This document shows, one piece after another, positions 37,570 to 50,744 of a DNA stretch of 64,000 nucleotides. Position 1 is the stretch's first letter. Each line of letters begins with the position of its first letter. A program made the position numbers and the translations under genes. The DNA comes from Antechinus flavipes (lineage: Eukaryota): the NCBI RefSeq assembly GCF_016432865.1, contig NC_067403.1, positions 20,956,001 to 21,020,000 of the forward strand. The letters run 5' to 3'. The notes under the pieces are model-generated. The model did no database searches and had not been told where the DNA came from. It was given only the letters and a program-made list of their open reading frames with translations.

Positions 37570-38075
37570 GTCTGTGTGGTACTGTAGAAAGAAAAGATTT
37601 AGCACTTAGATACAAGCTTTAGGTACCAGAGTTTGCTTCTCTGTCCTTCCATTACTGGCTCTTTAATTCTGGTCAAATAAATGAAATTTTCTAGTCTCAA
37701 TTTTCTATTTATAATGGTCCTGGTTTTTTTTTTTTTTCTTCTTTTAAATAGACTCATAATATAATACACACATGGAACTGCTGGAGAGGATTGCTTTTCC
37801 CAATGTAGATTACTTTTTTTTCCTGAAACCTAAACTTAGAAATTACATGTGAATCTGAAAAATTGAAAAACTTGTCCGGGGTCTCAGATGAGGGATTTGA
37901 AACTAGGTATTCTTGTGTCCCGCTTGCTTCCTTTCCACACCACATATTGTATAACTTTTTTTTTTTAATTCTCATGAAAATTTGTCAAATAAATAGTGGA
38001 AGTATTGTAATCCCCATTTTACAGAGGAGGAAACTAAGGCTTAATGTCACTTAAATAGTAAGTGGCAGAAATTTA
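37570..38075. mobile_element. Cluster of MIR/MIR3 fragments, both orientations
   Basis: 'ccccattttacagaggaggaaactaaggctt' and 'gatttgaaactaggtattct' on minus; a MIR3-like piece on plus near 37570-37720. Confidence 0.6.
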
Positions 38076-38599
38076 ACAAATACATTCTAAGTGTGAACAT
38101 GCTAGTTCTCTGAGTTTTTCTGATGAGGTGGCTAATATGCAAAATGGTCTACATCTTGATCTCATTTTTTGTTCTTCATCATACTAAATAGAAATGTAGG
38201 CTTGATTGTTTAGCCAAGCATGTGGACCAGTCAGAGACTTGTAATTCAAATCAAAGCAAAACTTATGAAACTCTCTAGTTTTTTTTTAATATTTATTTGG
38301 CTTATTACATTTGGGATACTACATTTCATTTGAATAAAATCAAATACTTTAATTGATCTTACTTCAGAAGAGTTGCCATGCTTTCAAATCAGGGATGAGC
38401 ATGGTTAAATTGGGATATTTACATCACTTAATATTTTGGAGAATATAAGGGATATGAAAATAAAAGAATATAACAAGTGGATATTGAGAGGACTGTGTTT
38501 CTTTTCTGTGAAGCTCCATTATAGAAAAAGCATAGCTTATTTAGGTACCAAGATTTTTTTGTCGTCTTTTTGTTCCCAATAATTTTATAGATAAGCCTA

Positions 38600-39400
38600 T
38601 TTTTCTCCATCTTTTCCAATTGGTTGAAATGCCACTGTCCATTACAGTGATTTCTATTTCAATATTTTAACCTATCTAATTTTTAACCTGGTTACCATTA
38701 TTTAAGTTATTGTATTCTGTTCCGTAAAATATTTGCTTATTGAATTGAGTACCTCTCAACTCATGTTTTTAGTAGGCTGTGTCTATTGTCTGCTTCCTCC
38801 CATCTTTTACATATCTCAATGATTAATAAGGAAGCATTCTCTTTGTTTGGAAGTAGCAGATTTATATTTGCTATTTTGACATTCACCATTTTTAACATAG
38901 AAAAACATTCCCCATTCCCCATGAAGTGTAGCCTCTATGATTTCTAGTAAGTTTTTATCTCTATTTACTCCTTTTACCTCATTTCACCCTTGTTTTATTT
39001 GGTATTTTGTTTTATTATAAAAAATAATGCAGTTTTTTGTAGTATAATATGTTCTTAATTGTAACCTATTATCTTGTCTATTTTTACTTTTGCTTTTGAA
39101 TATTTAATAACCACAAATGCAAAAAAGTAATTATAATAGTACAACATATTAAAGAATCTAGTATTTTACTTTCTTTGAAGTAAATAATTATTATCATCTT
39201 TGAAGAGCAATTAAATGTTGGAACAGAGTATTTTTGAATCAAATCATCAATGATTATATTCATAGTATTAAGAATAGAATTTAAATAAATTTCTGGAGGT
39301 GTTTCCCTAAATATTTGGTGGATAATATCAAGAAGATGAATCATGTGATCTGCCAATAGAAAGGGCAGTCAATGGAACTAGTTACATAATTTATATCTTC
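38600..39400 (-). mobile_element. Old L1 ORF2 fragments
   Basis: The minus-strand translation 'LADHMIHLLD...IQKYSVPTF' (ORF 39084..39356) resembles L1 RT 'FADDMILYLE...IQKSVAFL'. The 38600-38950 part is weaker. Confidence 0.55.
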
Positions 39401-39544
39401 TAAACCTAGCAAAACTTCTGAAATGCTGAGTGACATTTCTTTCAATTGAAGGATAGTGAAAAGTCCTAGAAACATGCATTACAAAATGGCTAAAAAGTAG
39501 CTAATAGTTACAATCAGTGACTCCCAATCCTTTTGCCTTTCAGA

Positions 39545-39815
39545 TTGTTCAAGCTATTGGAGTCTGTAGAGAGTTCTGTCTTACTTTTTATGGCCCAATT
39601 TGGAGTTTTCTTGACAAAAATACAGGAGTAGGAGTTTCAGCCCATTACAGAGTAGTTTGGTCTTTCTTTTTTCCATTCATTTTACAATTGAGGAAACTGA
39701 GGTTAAACAAGGTTAAGGGCTATATACACAGCTAGTAAGTCTCTGAGACTGGATTAAAACTCCTGAAGTTGACTAATCTTGACTCCGGGTCCAGCACTCC
39801 GCCCACTGTAACATG
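39545..39815 (-). mobile_element. MAR1-type SINE
   Basis: 'ggcccaatttggagttttcttgacaaaaatacaggagt', CORE 'gaggaaactgaggttaaacaaggttaag', head 'gactccgggtccagcactcc'. Confidence 0.75.
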
Positions 39816-39904
39816 AAAATCAATGACAAAAATGTACTTTTCTTGGTCAATATTTCATAAAGAGTCTCTATGTTTCTTGGATCTTCTGATGTCAAGATGA
39901 CATT

Positions 39905-40335
39905 GCATGTTATAGTGGAAAGAATACCAGACTTGGACTCAAGAAATCTGGCCTGAATTTCCTGCTTTATATCCATAATCTTCATCATCTTCCCCTTTAC
40001 GAGAGGAGCATAAGGCTTACTCTACCTCTCATAAGGTTGATATGATGAAAATAGTTTATAAACCTTAAAACAATTGAATATTTAATTATCAGAACATTTG
40101 TTCTATATGTATATACTGTTTTAAGGTTTGGAAAATGCTTTACATATGTTATCTCCTTTGTTCCTTATTCACTATCTTTCTAGGTAGGAGCTATTGTTAT
40201 GTCCATTTTACAGATGAAGAAATTTGAGGCTTGGAGGAGTTAACAGCCTTGCCCAAAGTCTCATACCTAGTAAGTGTCTGAGGCAGGATTTTAACTCAGC
40301 TCTAACTGGTTTAAAAGTCAAACTCACTATCCCTT
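39905..40335. mobile_element. Two tail-to-tail MIR SINEs (+ 39905-40080; - 40115-40335)
   Basis: 'tatagtggaaagaataccagacttggactcaagaaatctgg' and 'gtccattttacagatgaagaaatttgaggc...gcccaaagtc'. Confidence 0.75.
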
Positions 40336-41240
40336 CTGCCAACTAAATACAGAAATATTAATTGTCAATTTATTTGAGTGATTTTTCTCCTTTATTGAGA
40401 ATAATATCCTTTATTATTTTATTCATCCTAATGAAATTCTCAGTCTTCTTTTTAATCACTTTATCTCAATTATATTTGTTATTTTTTTTCAAAAATACAA
40501 TTTCTTGCACTTTTCATCTCCAAGACAACCTAAAGATAAAACAGAAACAGCAACATCAAAGAATTGTCTTAGAAGGTTTGACATGTTCTTGATTCACACA
40601 AGGTAACTCAGTTCCAAAAGGAGCGTTCCATTGGAAACTCTCCAGAGTTGCAGGAGTTAATATCATCATCTTTAAGAGAGACATACAGAAGTTTTTGTAC
40701 AGTGATGACTATGAGGGAATATAATCTGCTTTGCACAGTCAGCACAGCAATGTGCTCAGCTGATAAGGCTGGAGGAAAAGGTCACATGCCAGTTAGCACC
40801 ACAGAAATCTAATAGCTATCATTGAATTTAGCTACCAAAGCAAAACAATGACACTCATTGACAAGAAAACTAAATCAAGAAAGGAAATACTTTTTATTTT
40901 TAGAAGCTGGAAAAATGTGATAAAAAGGGGCATTATAAGAAAGTTTCAAATAATATACTGAATAGTATCAAAATTAATCCTTTTTTTTCACACATTCATT
41001 TATTAAGTTCTAATGTTGTTGAAAGGGGACAAGCATGGATCTATTGGCCCCTCTCACATATGATCCACAACACCCTTCTTTATTGTAATAACTGGATGAT
41101 TGACTTATCTTATTTAGGTTTTAGCCTTCCAGTTAAAATTTGCTCTATTGTTCTGCACAGTTGTAAGAATCATAGTTTGTTTACATTGAAAGTGATCTCT
41201 GAGGCCATCTAGACTCCCTTGTATTTTAAAAAAGTACCTA

Positions 41241-41376
41241 GAGGGCACCTAGTTGGTGCAGTGGATAGAGCACCAACTCTGAAGTTGGTCTTCAAATCTG
41301 GCCTCAGACACGACACCTTCTAGATGTGCGATCCTGGGAAAGTCACTTAACTTCAATTGCCTCAGCAGAAAAAAAA
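41241..41376 (+). mobile_element. Short tRNA-derived CORE SINE, WSINE1/Mar3 type
   Basis: Head 'gggcacctagttggtgcagtggatagagcacc', 'ttcaaatctggcctcagacac', end 'gtcacttaacttcaattgcctca' plus an A tail. Confidence 0.85.
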
Positions 41377-41433
41377 TAATATCTTCTCAGCAATATAATC
41401 AGCTATCCAGCCTTTGGCTGTACACTTCTATAA

Positions 41434-41623
41434 CAGGGGCATTGAGTGATCTGCAATAGTTCCCCGAGTAAAATGTAATGTGGGAATAATTAGCAAAATA
41501 AATAAAATTACAACAGAACATAACCAATGTTAATATATGGTTTGCTAAGTCAACGGGCATCTTAAAGCATCCTCATCTAAGTTTTAGTGACCTCCCCATT
41601 TATATTTCAGCTTGACATCATTG
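41434..41623. mobile_element. Non-autonomous hAT (Charlie-like) MITE
   Basis: Ends 'cagggg...' and '...ttgacatcattg'. The flanks ttctataa / ctctagaa match at 6 of 8 positions, consistent with a decayed 8-bp TSD and the hAT-Charlie TCTAGA target preference. Confidence 0.65.
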
Positions 41624-42808
41624 CTCTAGAATAAGAAATCCCAGTATCCCACACTAATTTTTTTTCTGTTTCAGAAAAATGGTGATATTTATGATTATAA
41701 AATCAGTTATCCAGTACCCAAAGATCCTTAAAGACTATTTTAGAGAATATCTCCCTTTCTAGAAGTCAAGCAAATCTTCTAAAGTCACACAAGCAACAAG
41801 TAGCAGAACGGTATATAATTCTTTGACAATCGAGTATATGGTTCTTTTCACTAAAGCATGTCAGTGACTCAGATTATTTAGGTTTGTTATGTTATTCACA
41901 TTTTCCTTTATTATTTTAATAATCATATAGACATGTAGACATCACATAGATCTATACATACTTATGCATGTGTGTATATATATATATGTATTATGTATAT
42001 ATGCATACATTTTTGAGTGAGCGTATGATGTTATTTTCTATAACTTTAATTACTCAATAATTTGAATAAGGTTATTTCCCAAAAAGGAAATATTGAGAAT
42101 TATGATTTTTCAACTCTACCTCAAAGTATGAATTTCCACATATGCCATATATGTGTAGATTAAATATCAGTGATAGAAACAGAATGCAAGCCCCATTCTA
42201 TTCAATGTGATGTTCTGTTATAATCAACTTCTTAAAAAAAACAAAAAACAAACTTACAAATAAACAAATAAAAGCCAGCTTCTTAGTAACAGTAAATTTA
42301 TGTTGACAAAGTGAAAAAAGCTAAAGCATCTTTTAATTTCTGATTGTTTTCCCTTGAGAAATCTTTCAACTAGTGTGAATTAAATCCTTAAGTACATAGA
42401 AAAATATGCTTCAAATAATAGTAGTCATTGAGGAAGAGGATCCCTACATACAGTCATTTGAAAGGGGAAACTATTGATTAAGTAGTGGCAAATAAAGAAA
42501 TTAAATGAATCAACAGCGTGCAGAAATATGATACTGTGAGTTAACACTGACATTTAGGATAACAGATTTCACAGATGTGAAAACTATTATCCCATTAATA
42601 GGGAGGGGGAAAATTTCAAGTGTGAATATGATTAGATGAAAAAAAATCTTTTCATTTTTTCAAAGAGTACTGTTGTATATTAGAACATATTTAATTTATC
42701 TCATGGGTTAATATTTGCCTTTCATACAGGGTGAACTTTAGCTTGACTGTCTCTGCATTCCCTACTCCATTATATTTGTTTCTGTAATTTTGAGGGGGAT
42801 GTTAAAAT

Positions 42809-43057
42809 CAGTGATGTACTGGAGTTAGCTTTAACCAGCTCATAAGAGCCGATTGGTGAACTTCAATTTGAGCATTTACATCTCAGAAATCAGCAAGTGC
42901 TACAAAGCAGGGCTTGATTTATTCTTTTGTTTTATTGATTGAGTAGATTTAAAAAATTAATGGAGAAGATTTTCAAGATAAAGAATAAACTTTAAAAATG
43001 TTATGCTTTTTTTTTTTTAATAAAGCTGCTAGGTAAATATTTAGTAGCATGCATTTC
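42809..43057 (+). mobile_element. Non-autonomous hAT-like (Tip100-type) element
   Basis: 'cagtgatgtactggag...gagccgattggtgaac...gagcatttacatctcagaaatcagcaagtgctacaaagcagggcttgattt' resembles a common marsupial MITE; the 3' TIR is decayed. Confidence 0.65.
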
Positions 43058-43531
43058 AATTATTGATGGTTTCTACTCTTTTAAAGCATCCCAAATAATT
43101 TTCAAATGGATTCCAGCTCTGAGATAATATATTTTTAAAATATTTTTCATTCCTTAAGTAGCCATATGATTGGCACTTGTAAAAATCACTTTTATCTCAG
43201 GTTTTGTTTTTAAGTTACCACTGATTTCATCATCCCCTCAAATAACATTTTATTAGTTCTTTTAAAAGTTTGATTAATTGATTAAAAGTTAGTTGATTCT
43301 GGTGTGCTAAAAATAAGTGGATGAATGAATGGAAGAATGAATCACATTATATGTATATGGTGTGACCTTTGTATATATCTATATGCTTTGGGATCATACC
43401 TAGATGTCATTGGTTTTAGACCAAGTAGAAGATTTCTTAGAGATTATTTTCTTCATACTGAAGATAATCATTTTGTTATGTCTTTTAGTTTTCTATTCAT
43501 TTCATGATGGGCTTTAGTATTTTTCCTACTT

Positions 43532-43603
43532 TTTCCCTAAAGATAATGTTCAGTTTTGTTTGTTTAGTTTCCCTAAAGATAATGTTCAGTTTTGCTTGTT
43601 ATT
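43532..43603. repeat. 36-bp tandem duplication
   Basis: 'tttccctaaagataatgttcagttttg(t/c)ttgtt' twice. Confidence 0.95.
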
Positions 43604-43890
43604 GACTGACACTTTGGTAAAACATGTACAGTTGAGGTTATCTCTTTGATTTGCAATGTATTATTCCTTCTGGAAATAACTGTATTTCTCCCCTTCTTAA
43701 TGTTACAATCAGGACAGGGTAGTATTGATGTTTTTTGCCTTTCTGGATCCTGTAAGAGGGATGAGGGTGGTTATGGTGAAAGATTATTTTCAATTTTTTT
43801 TTGTTGAAGTGAATTATTTCCCTAATATTTCCTAATAATTGGTAACCCTCTTTTTGATGCTCTCTTGGGAGCATACTATAATGATTTTTG

Positions 43891-44115
43891 AGAAGGAGCT
43901 AGATGATATAGTGGATAGAGTGCTGGGTCTGGAGTTAGAAAAAATCCTGAATTCAAATTTGACCTCTGACACTAAATTTGTCACCTTAGGCAGTGACTTC
44001 ATCCTATTTGCCTCAGTTTCTGCATGTGTAAAATGAGCTGGCAAAGGAGATGGCAAACCATTCCGGTATCTTTGCCAAGGAAACCCCATATATGATCACT
44101 CCTTCAGATATGACA
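43891..44115 (+). mobile_element. MAR1-type SINE, near full length
   Basis: Head 'gtggatagagtgctgggtctggagttag', CORE 'gcctcagtttc', tail 'ggagatggcaaaccattccggtatctttgccaaggaaacccca'. Confidence 0.9.
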
Positions 44116-44781
44116 AAACAAAAGTTATGATTTTGTTTTGCTTTGTTTTTTAAGGGTTGGTTTTTGCTTTATTTTCTATTTGTTTAAAAAAAAAAACAAA
44201 TTTGCCTTAAAATGTTAAACATTTCCAGTTCCTATTTGTTGCCATTAAATTGGTTTTGTGTATTTCCACATGGTTTGGATGGCCCTTTGTGGCCAACCAT
44301 TTTGGTAAAGTTCCTTGGTGTAGATAGTTAAACTGATTTATTTTTATACTTAGGGCAAAACTTTTTTCTTTTCTCTGAAGCCTTTTGTAATTTAATTTTG
44401 CTGGTATAAAAAAAAATCCATGTATACAAATTCTTTCAGAATTGAAGTGCATCATGATATAATCATTCTTTGCTCTCATCTCTCTGAGAAACAGACAAAT
44501 TCAAGTTAATTGAAAATAGTTTGACTTCTTATGTTAATCTGCTTTTCTATATTTCCTACTTAAGGAATATTAGGAAAATTACCTCACTTTGGGGGGCATT
44601 GGTTTTTTCCTTTGCAAAATGAGATGGTTAAGCTAGGTCACTTCTCTGATGGCTTTTAACCCCTAAATAGCTGATGTGTGCTAATTGAACCTAGTTGTCC
44701 ATAATAATTTTCTTAGCTAAGCAACAATCATATGAAAACATTGATTTCACATATAACTTAGAAATAAAACTACTAGATATT

Positions 44782-44830
44782 CTGTGTGTGTGTGTGTGTG
44801 TGTATACATACATATATATGTGTGTGTGTG
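44782..44830. repeat. (TG)n/(TA)n microsatellite
   Basis: Directly visible. Confidence 0.95.
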
Positions 44831-47580
44831 AATATAAAACAGATATACATATAGAGAACTTGTGGTTTTGTCCTTCCATAATTAATATTTTATAATATAG
44901 TTTTGACAAACACATAAACTTATCAGCATTATTAACCATGTATTTTATGAGGGACTTTTTAACATCCCCTTAATTTAAACATTCATGATATTGCTTTCTT
45001 ATTTTAATAAAACTATGTTTAGTGTTTAATGTAGCTTAGGTGGTCTCTGTCAATATTGCATCAGACTTTTCTCCTATTACAGTTTCCGTTTTCAAGTGGT
45101 GATATAATATCAAAAGATTGATTTCTTTTCTTTCTAGAGAATTAACCATAAATTGGCAAATATATTTTGTTTTCCTTGAAATGATTAGTAAATTAGTAGA
45201 TAAACATTTATTAAGTGTCAACAAGATGCTGTGGCAATATGGTTTTACACCATTATATGACCTCCCCTCCCCCAAAGAAAAGGCACAGGTATTCTGTTGT
45301 TTGGACAAAAAAAAAAGATATGATTCTTTTTTAAGGACTTAATCTTTGAGTAATCTTGTTTCTTAGTACTTAGGTATATGCATTAGTGCTAGTAATTGAT
45401 ACCCTAGAGAAATGGCAAAGTTAATGCAGCTTAGAAATATCCCTGATTCGAAGTTTCATAGTCCTTGTATTAATCTGGTTCAATGTGTACAGCATTATTT
45501 AATTTTTTATTCTTTTTGCCCAAGTAATTTGATGATAACTAGATAGTTGAATATACAAAGGGTCTAGAGTCTAGATAAAGAGGGAACCATTTAGCTTAAT
45601 ATTTATTTAATTGATTGTTGGATTGAATTGGCAGGTCCTTAAAATGAACTGACCTTATTTTAATTAGAGTTGATTAGTCTTTCCGGCCAAAATCAAATGG
45701 ATGTGTATATATAGACAAAGTCTATGTCTATTAAATTTGGGATTTTCCAGAATAACAGCTTCTATCTTCTTTTTATTCTCTTTCTTTGAGAAAGAATCAA
45801 CATTATGATTATATTTATTTATGTTGGTAAAGAAATAGATATTTGTATAAGTGAGAGGAACAGTAAAATCTGATACTGTTTAGCTTTCAAATAAATGATT
45901 CTTATTTCCTATTATAAATTGTTTCAATTTCTCATGTGGTTCTTGCTATTAGATTCATTTGTTATCCTAAATATTGTGTCTAAGAATTTGGTTTCTGTAG
46001 AGTTAAATTATCTGAAAAGCAGTAACCATTGACAGAATGATAATCATTTTTTAAAACTATATAATTTCCAACAGCTCCTTTTGAAATTGGAGCAAATCAA
46101 ACAAAACGATCACAATATAATTTAGTCTTACTAGATTCACAGAGGATATTGTTTGCAATCACTGTGTTTTCAAATGAAATTGTTACTGTTCTAACTACAG
46201 AGAATCCAAAAGGCAAAAAAAAAGAAATCAAATTATTCAGAAACACATCAATATAGATTCTGAGATCATGGTGGTTCCAATATAAATTTTCTTTCTTATT
46301 TAAAACGTCTAATTTTCTTAATTTAGAAAAAATCTCTTTCATTTGGACCAAATAGATTACATCCTAAAACTTAATCATCAAAAGGATGAGAGCCAAATAT
46401 TGTATGAGTTCTGAAGGCAACCTGTCTCTGTAAAGAATCAACAGCTGCTTTTTATAAATTTAGTCCTCATGTTATAAGCTTCACTGCCAATGAAAATCGA
46501 TAAAAACAATTTCCTTCTACATTCATGATCCTCTTCTTACCCTCTTTTCTTCATATTATTTTCAGGGGCCATTTTGTCAAAATGCTGCAGGTCACACAAA
46601 ATGTAATTTTGTGTTTGTGTGTGTGTATGTCTCGTGAAGCCTAATGTCTTGTTTTGTAGTTTAGATGGGTATGAAGCATGACTTTATGACTTCTGATAAA
46701 AAAATAATGTTTGAAATTTGTTTAAAAGAAATGAAGAAAACAAGTGATTTTTTTCAACATAAGATCCAAGGTTATTAAGCTGTCAAAAAGAACAATATTC
46801 AGAGCTGCAGAGCATTAACAGAGATTGTAAGACTTTATGAAACAAAACAGCTAAAGTGAAGTTAGAATGCTTTTCAAAATGCATTTTATCATATGTTCAC
46901 TTGTACAGAACCAAAGCAAAATAGGGAATTAAGGGTCCATGTAAAAATTATTAAAATCCATTTATTCATACAAGAAAAAATATATTTTGAATACTTTGTG
47001 TTAGGCAGTGTGTTTGATGACTGATAAAAGGGGATAAAAGAAGTGTAACTATTATATGGATGATGCCCTTGGGAAATTTAGAATCCATTAGAACAGATAA
47101 CATGTATTCATAATTGACTATACCATAAAAGCTACATATATGGAGAGTGTGTAGATGCTAATTAAATGTATATATGAATATGCAATATCTATAATATATG
47201 TAGGTATTTATAAATACAAATAAACACCTAAGTAATCTGCCCATAATTGGAACTGCTTCACTTACAAAAGCATTAAAGCAAAAACATTTACATATTTTTC
47301 TTTTATTTAATCATGGTATAATAGATGGTTTCTGTTAGTAATTCAATCTCCCATTTGGATTTTTTTTTTACAGTGTTTCCCATGCTGACCATACAATTCT
47401 CTTAATTCTGCCTCTGAGAATCCCTAGCTTTTCTCAAGGATTCACTTAAATTCTACCTTCTAGAGGAAGCTTTTCTAGAATCTCATCTCCCTAAAGTTTT
47501 TAGTATTGGGTTATTCATTATCAAGTGAATTATTTGCAAATATGGACTAGTTTATTTTCCTTATATCCTCATTGCTTAGT

Positions 47581-48425
47581 ATCTTCAAGGACATGAATCA
47601 AGGTTATTGATGGTAAATTAGTCACTTTGGAAAGGCTACAAAACAAGACTAAAATGGAGGGAGACTTGGGGCGTGATTTTTTGATTTGCAGATGGTTTTG
47701 CACTCAATGAGCTTTTGAGGCTGAGATGCAACAAAGTGTGGATCAGTTCTCTGCTGCTTGTGCTAATTTTGGCCTGACAATTAACAGTAAGAAAACACAG
47801 ATGCTCTACTAGCCGGCATCACACCATCCACACTTGAAACCATTGGTTACAGAAGTTTGAATACTGTTCAAGGATAAGTTGGCTTACTTTGGCACTATAC
47901 TTTCTAGGATGTCCACACTGATAACATTCAGGTCCTTTCTCAAATTAAACTTCCAGGTATTCAAACCCAAGTTCAGAGAGAAAAATTTCAATGGTCTAAC
48001 TACATTGCTCAATCACTAGATATATGCTTTCCTAAAAGGCTGTTTTATGGAAAATTTGCCCGTAGTGAGCACTCACATGGAGGCAAAAGAAGTGATACCA
48101 GGGCACTCTCAAGGTCTCTCTTAAGAAATTTAGAATGAATTGCATGGCATGGAAGACATTGGCAAAGGACCCGCCACCATGGCGTGCTGTCATTGGAGAA
48201 GGTGCAGTGTTCTATGAGCCAAGCAGAACTGAAATAGCTCAAAAGAGACACGAGATACACAAATTTAGTGAATCTATTCTAAATAATCATATTGAATGTT
48301 TATGAACAACTTGTGGTAGAGCATTCCAAGCTCCTATTGGTCTGATCAACCATAGTCAGACACACTATAATTTTATTTTAACACGGTCGTGTCATTGTGC
48401 TTCAAGAACAAAGGACAAGAACCAG
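47581..48425 (+). mobile_element. RTE-clade LINE, 5'-truncated, with RT motif, internal deletion and 3' end
   Basis: Translates to DGKLVTLERLQ...FADG...EAEMQQSVDQFSAACANFGLTINSKKTQ, then LPGIQT...FPKRLFYG, and C-terminal CGRAFQAPIGLINHSQTH. Contains stops and frameshifts. Confidence 0.92.
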
Positions 48426-48479
48426 CTTAGTAGGGAGCCTGTCAGATTAATAATAATGATGATCATTCATAACAACAGT

Positions 48480-48680
48480 GATATTTATTTAGCACTTTTC
48501 AAAGTATGCAAATATCTTATTTTATTCTCCCAACAACCTTGAGAGGTGGGTACTGTAATTAGACCCATTTTATAGATGAAGAAACCAAAATAGATCAAAT
48601 TTTTTGCCCAGGATGACACAGCTACATTCTGGGACTATATTGAACTGAAGTTTTTGTGACACTAAGTACAGTACCATATA
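48480..48680 (-). mobile_element. MIR SINE
   Basis: 'ctcccaacaaccttgagaggtgggtactgtaattagacccattttatagatgaagaaacc'. Confidence 0.8.
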
Positions 48681-50744
48681 ATCATCTGTCATGGAATAGG
48701 TAATCAATGCCTGTGAATAAATGAATGTTTTGGGCTTTGCTTTATAAAAAATATACATACTTAAGATTGAAATGATTTGGATAAAAACAATATACATTGG
48801 TCAAACCTGAGTTTTACTTTGGATGAAAATATTGTACATTTTATGAATCAGTAGAAGAATAAAAAAGGACTCTTCTCCAGCTGTAATCTGTTAGAGTCAA
48901 GAGTCTTTTTTCTTAATAGTTCTGAAACTGAGCTACATTGACATTGAGAAAGTCATTTAAATGCCATCTACTTTAGATTATCATTTGTAAAATTGAGGTG
49001 GTAATTTTCCTATCTTACATATCTCATAGAGAGATATTGACTATAGGGTATCAGTAAGAGGACATCTATCAAAGGCACTACGTAAACACTCTGTATTATT
49101 TGAAGCTGGGAATGCGAATAAACTAGACTCTTGACTACTCGTAGCCTATTCTCTGGAGCATTTGCAATAAATGTAAGCAATGTGTGTCAGCTCCAGTCTA
49201 GTCTGTTTGGCTGTTACTCGTATAACATCCAGAAGAGCAATCCTTCTGTGCAGTGGAATGAGCTGTGCCTTAATAATAGTGCTTAGCGCTAAGCCTGTAT
49301 GATCATCAGAAAAGAGAATTTGAATTAAATGTATTTTGGGTATATGTCTTCACATGGCAATTTGGAGCTTGGCATTGAGATTCAGACCATTTTCCTCAGC
49401 ATCTCTTCCCTTTCATGTTGTTAAGGGTCTAAAATCCAAGTAAAATTCAGGCTTGACCAATTCTAAATAAGTAAGAATATAATTTTTTTTAAAAATGAGT
49501 TGTGGATTTATATTAAAGGTGGAACATTAACCCCAAAATTCCATGATAGGAGCAAAGAACAGTACTGTGCACTGGTGATGTAAAAGCACCTCATTTATGA
49601 AAAGAAGGAAGGAAAGAAAAGAGGGAGGAAAGATGGAAGAAAAAAGCAGTGATTAAATTGGTCTCTCCTCTATTCACTGTATCTTTAGGCAACTCATTGT
49701 TTTCTAGATCTACAAATTTACTAGCTTTTGGACTCTGAAGAACTAAAGGCACTTTACCATATGTCTTCACATGTTTATTGAATTAAGGAGGGGGACAGAA
49801 TGATTATATTCATTTGGATTTTTCCAATACAAATCTAATGCTTCCACCATGCTAGGAATATTTTTAGTATTTGTTAAAAGATCTTATTAGGAAATGTATT
49901 ATAGAAAGCAGTTTTTAAAGCCAGTTAATTCAAAATATGAAATAAAATAAAATGTGTATAGTCTAATCTATAAGTGAAACAAGCACATAAAATGGTCTGC
50001 ATATAGCTCTACTCAAATGTAGAAAAGCTTTTAGAGATATTAAAAATACTCAGAAATACTGGCTCTGACTTAAGATGACTAATAATCATTCACCAAAAAA
50101 AGAAATTATTTTTGAAATTTCTCATAAAATAACAACACCTTATCCTAGTCCAATACTTAAAGCCAAGCATTTTTAGAATTGGTCAGTTGCTTTGATGGTT
50201 TTGCTAATCATAAGGAAAGGAAACTTCATATTTTAATCACTAATAGTCTACTTTTAAAATGCGTTAAAATTAAAATTGGGTCTGAGTAGTCTTGTGTATA
50301 TTTAGGAATTGGCAGTTGGTTTATTGAAGAGGTATAAGCCTATTAAAAGATAGGTTAGATTTTTCCATATGGACCATGCAGATCAAAGTAAATTGAATAT
50401 TTATAAAAGTTAAACCAAGTCCTTCATTTTCCCAACAAAAAGGGAAAATCTCCTGATCAAAAAGCATCTCAATCATTCCATAAATAAAAAAATCAACAAA
50501 AATCATTGACTACATATGAATAACACAAAATCAAAAATGGAATAATGCTTACTTCTCTTGAGTCCATACCATTAAGTGCACAAATAGGAAAATACAAGGT
50601 TATCCTATGAGATAGAGAGCATTAATAGGAAAATTATCATGAGAAAATAGCATCTAAGATGGTAAACTTGGAAAGAGGCCTTGAATTGAGAAGTGGATTA
50701 TAGGATGGGCTTGTAGAGGCAGGGGTAGGGGATTGTACACAAAT

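Noticed and set aside
49281-49294. Perfect 14-bp palindrome GCTTAGCGCTAAGC
   Set aside because: A few palindromes of this length are expected by chance in 64 kb.
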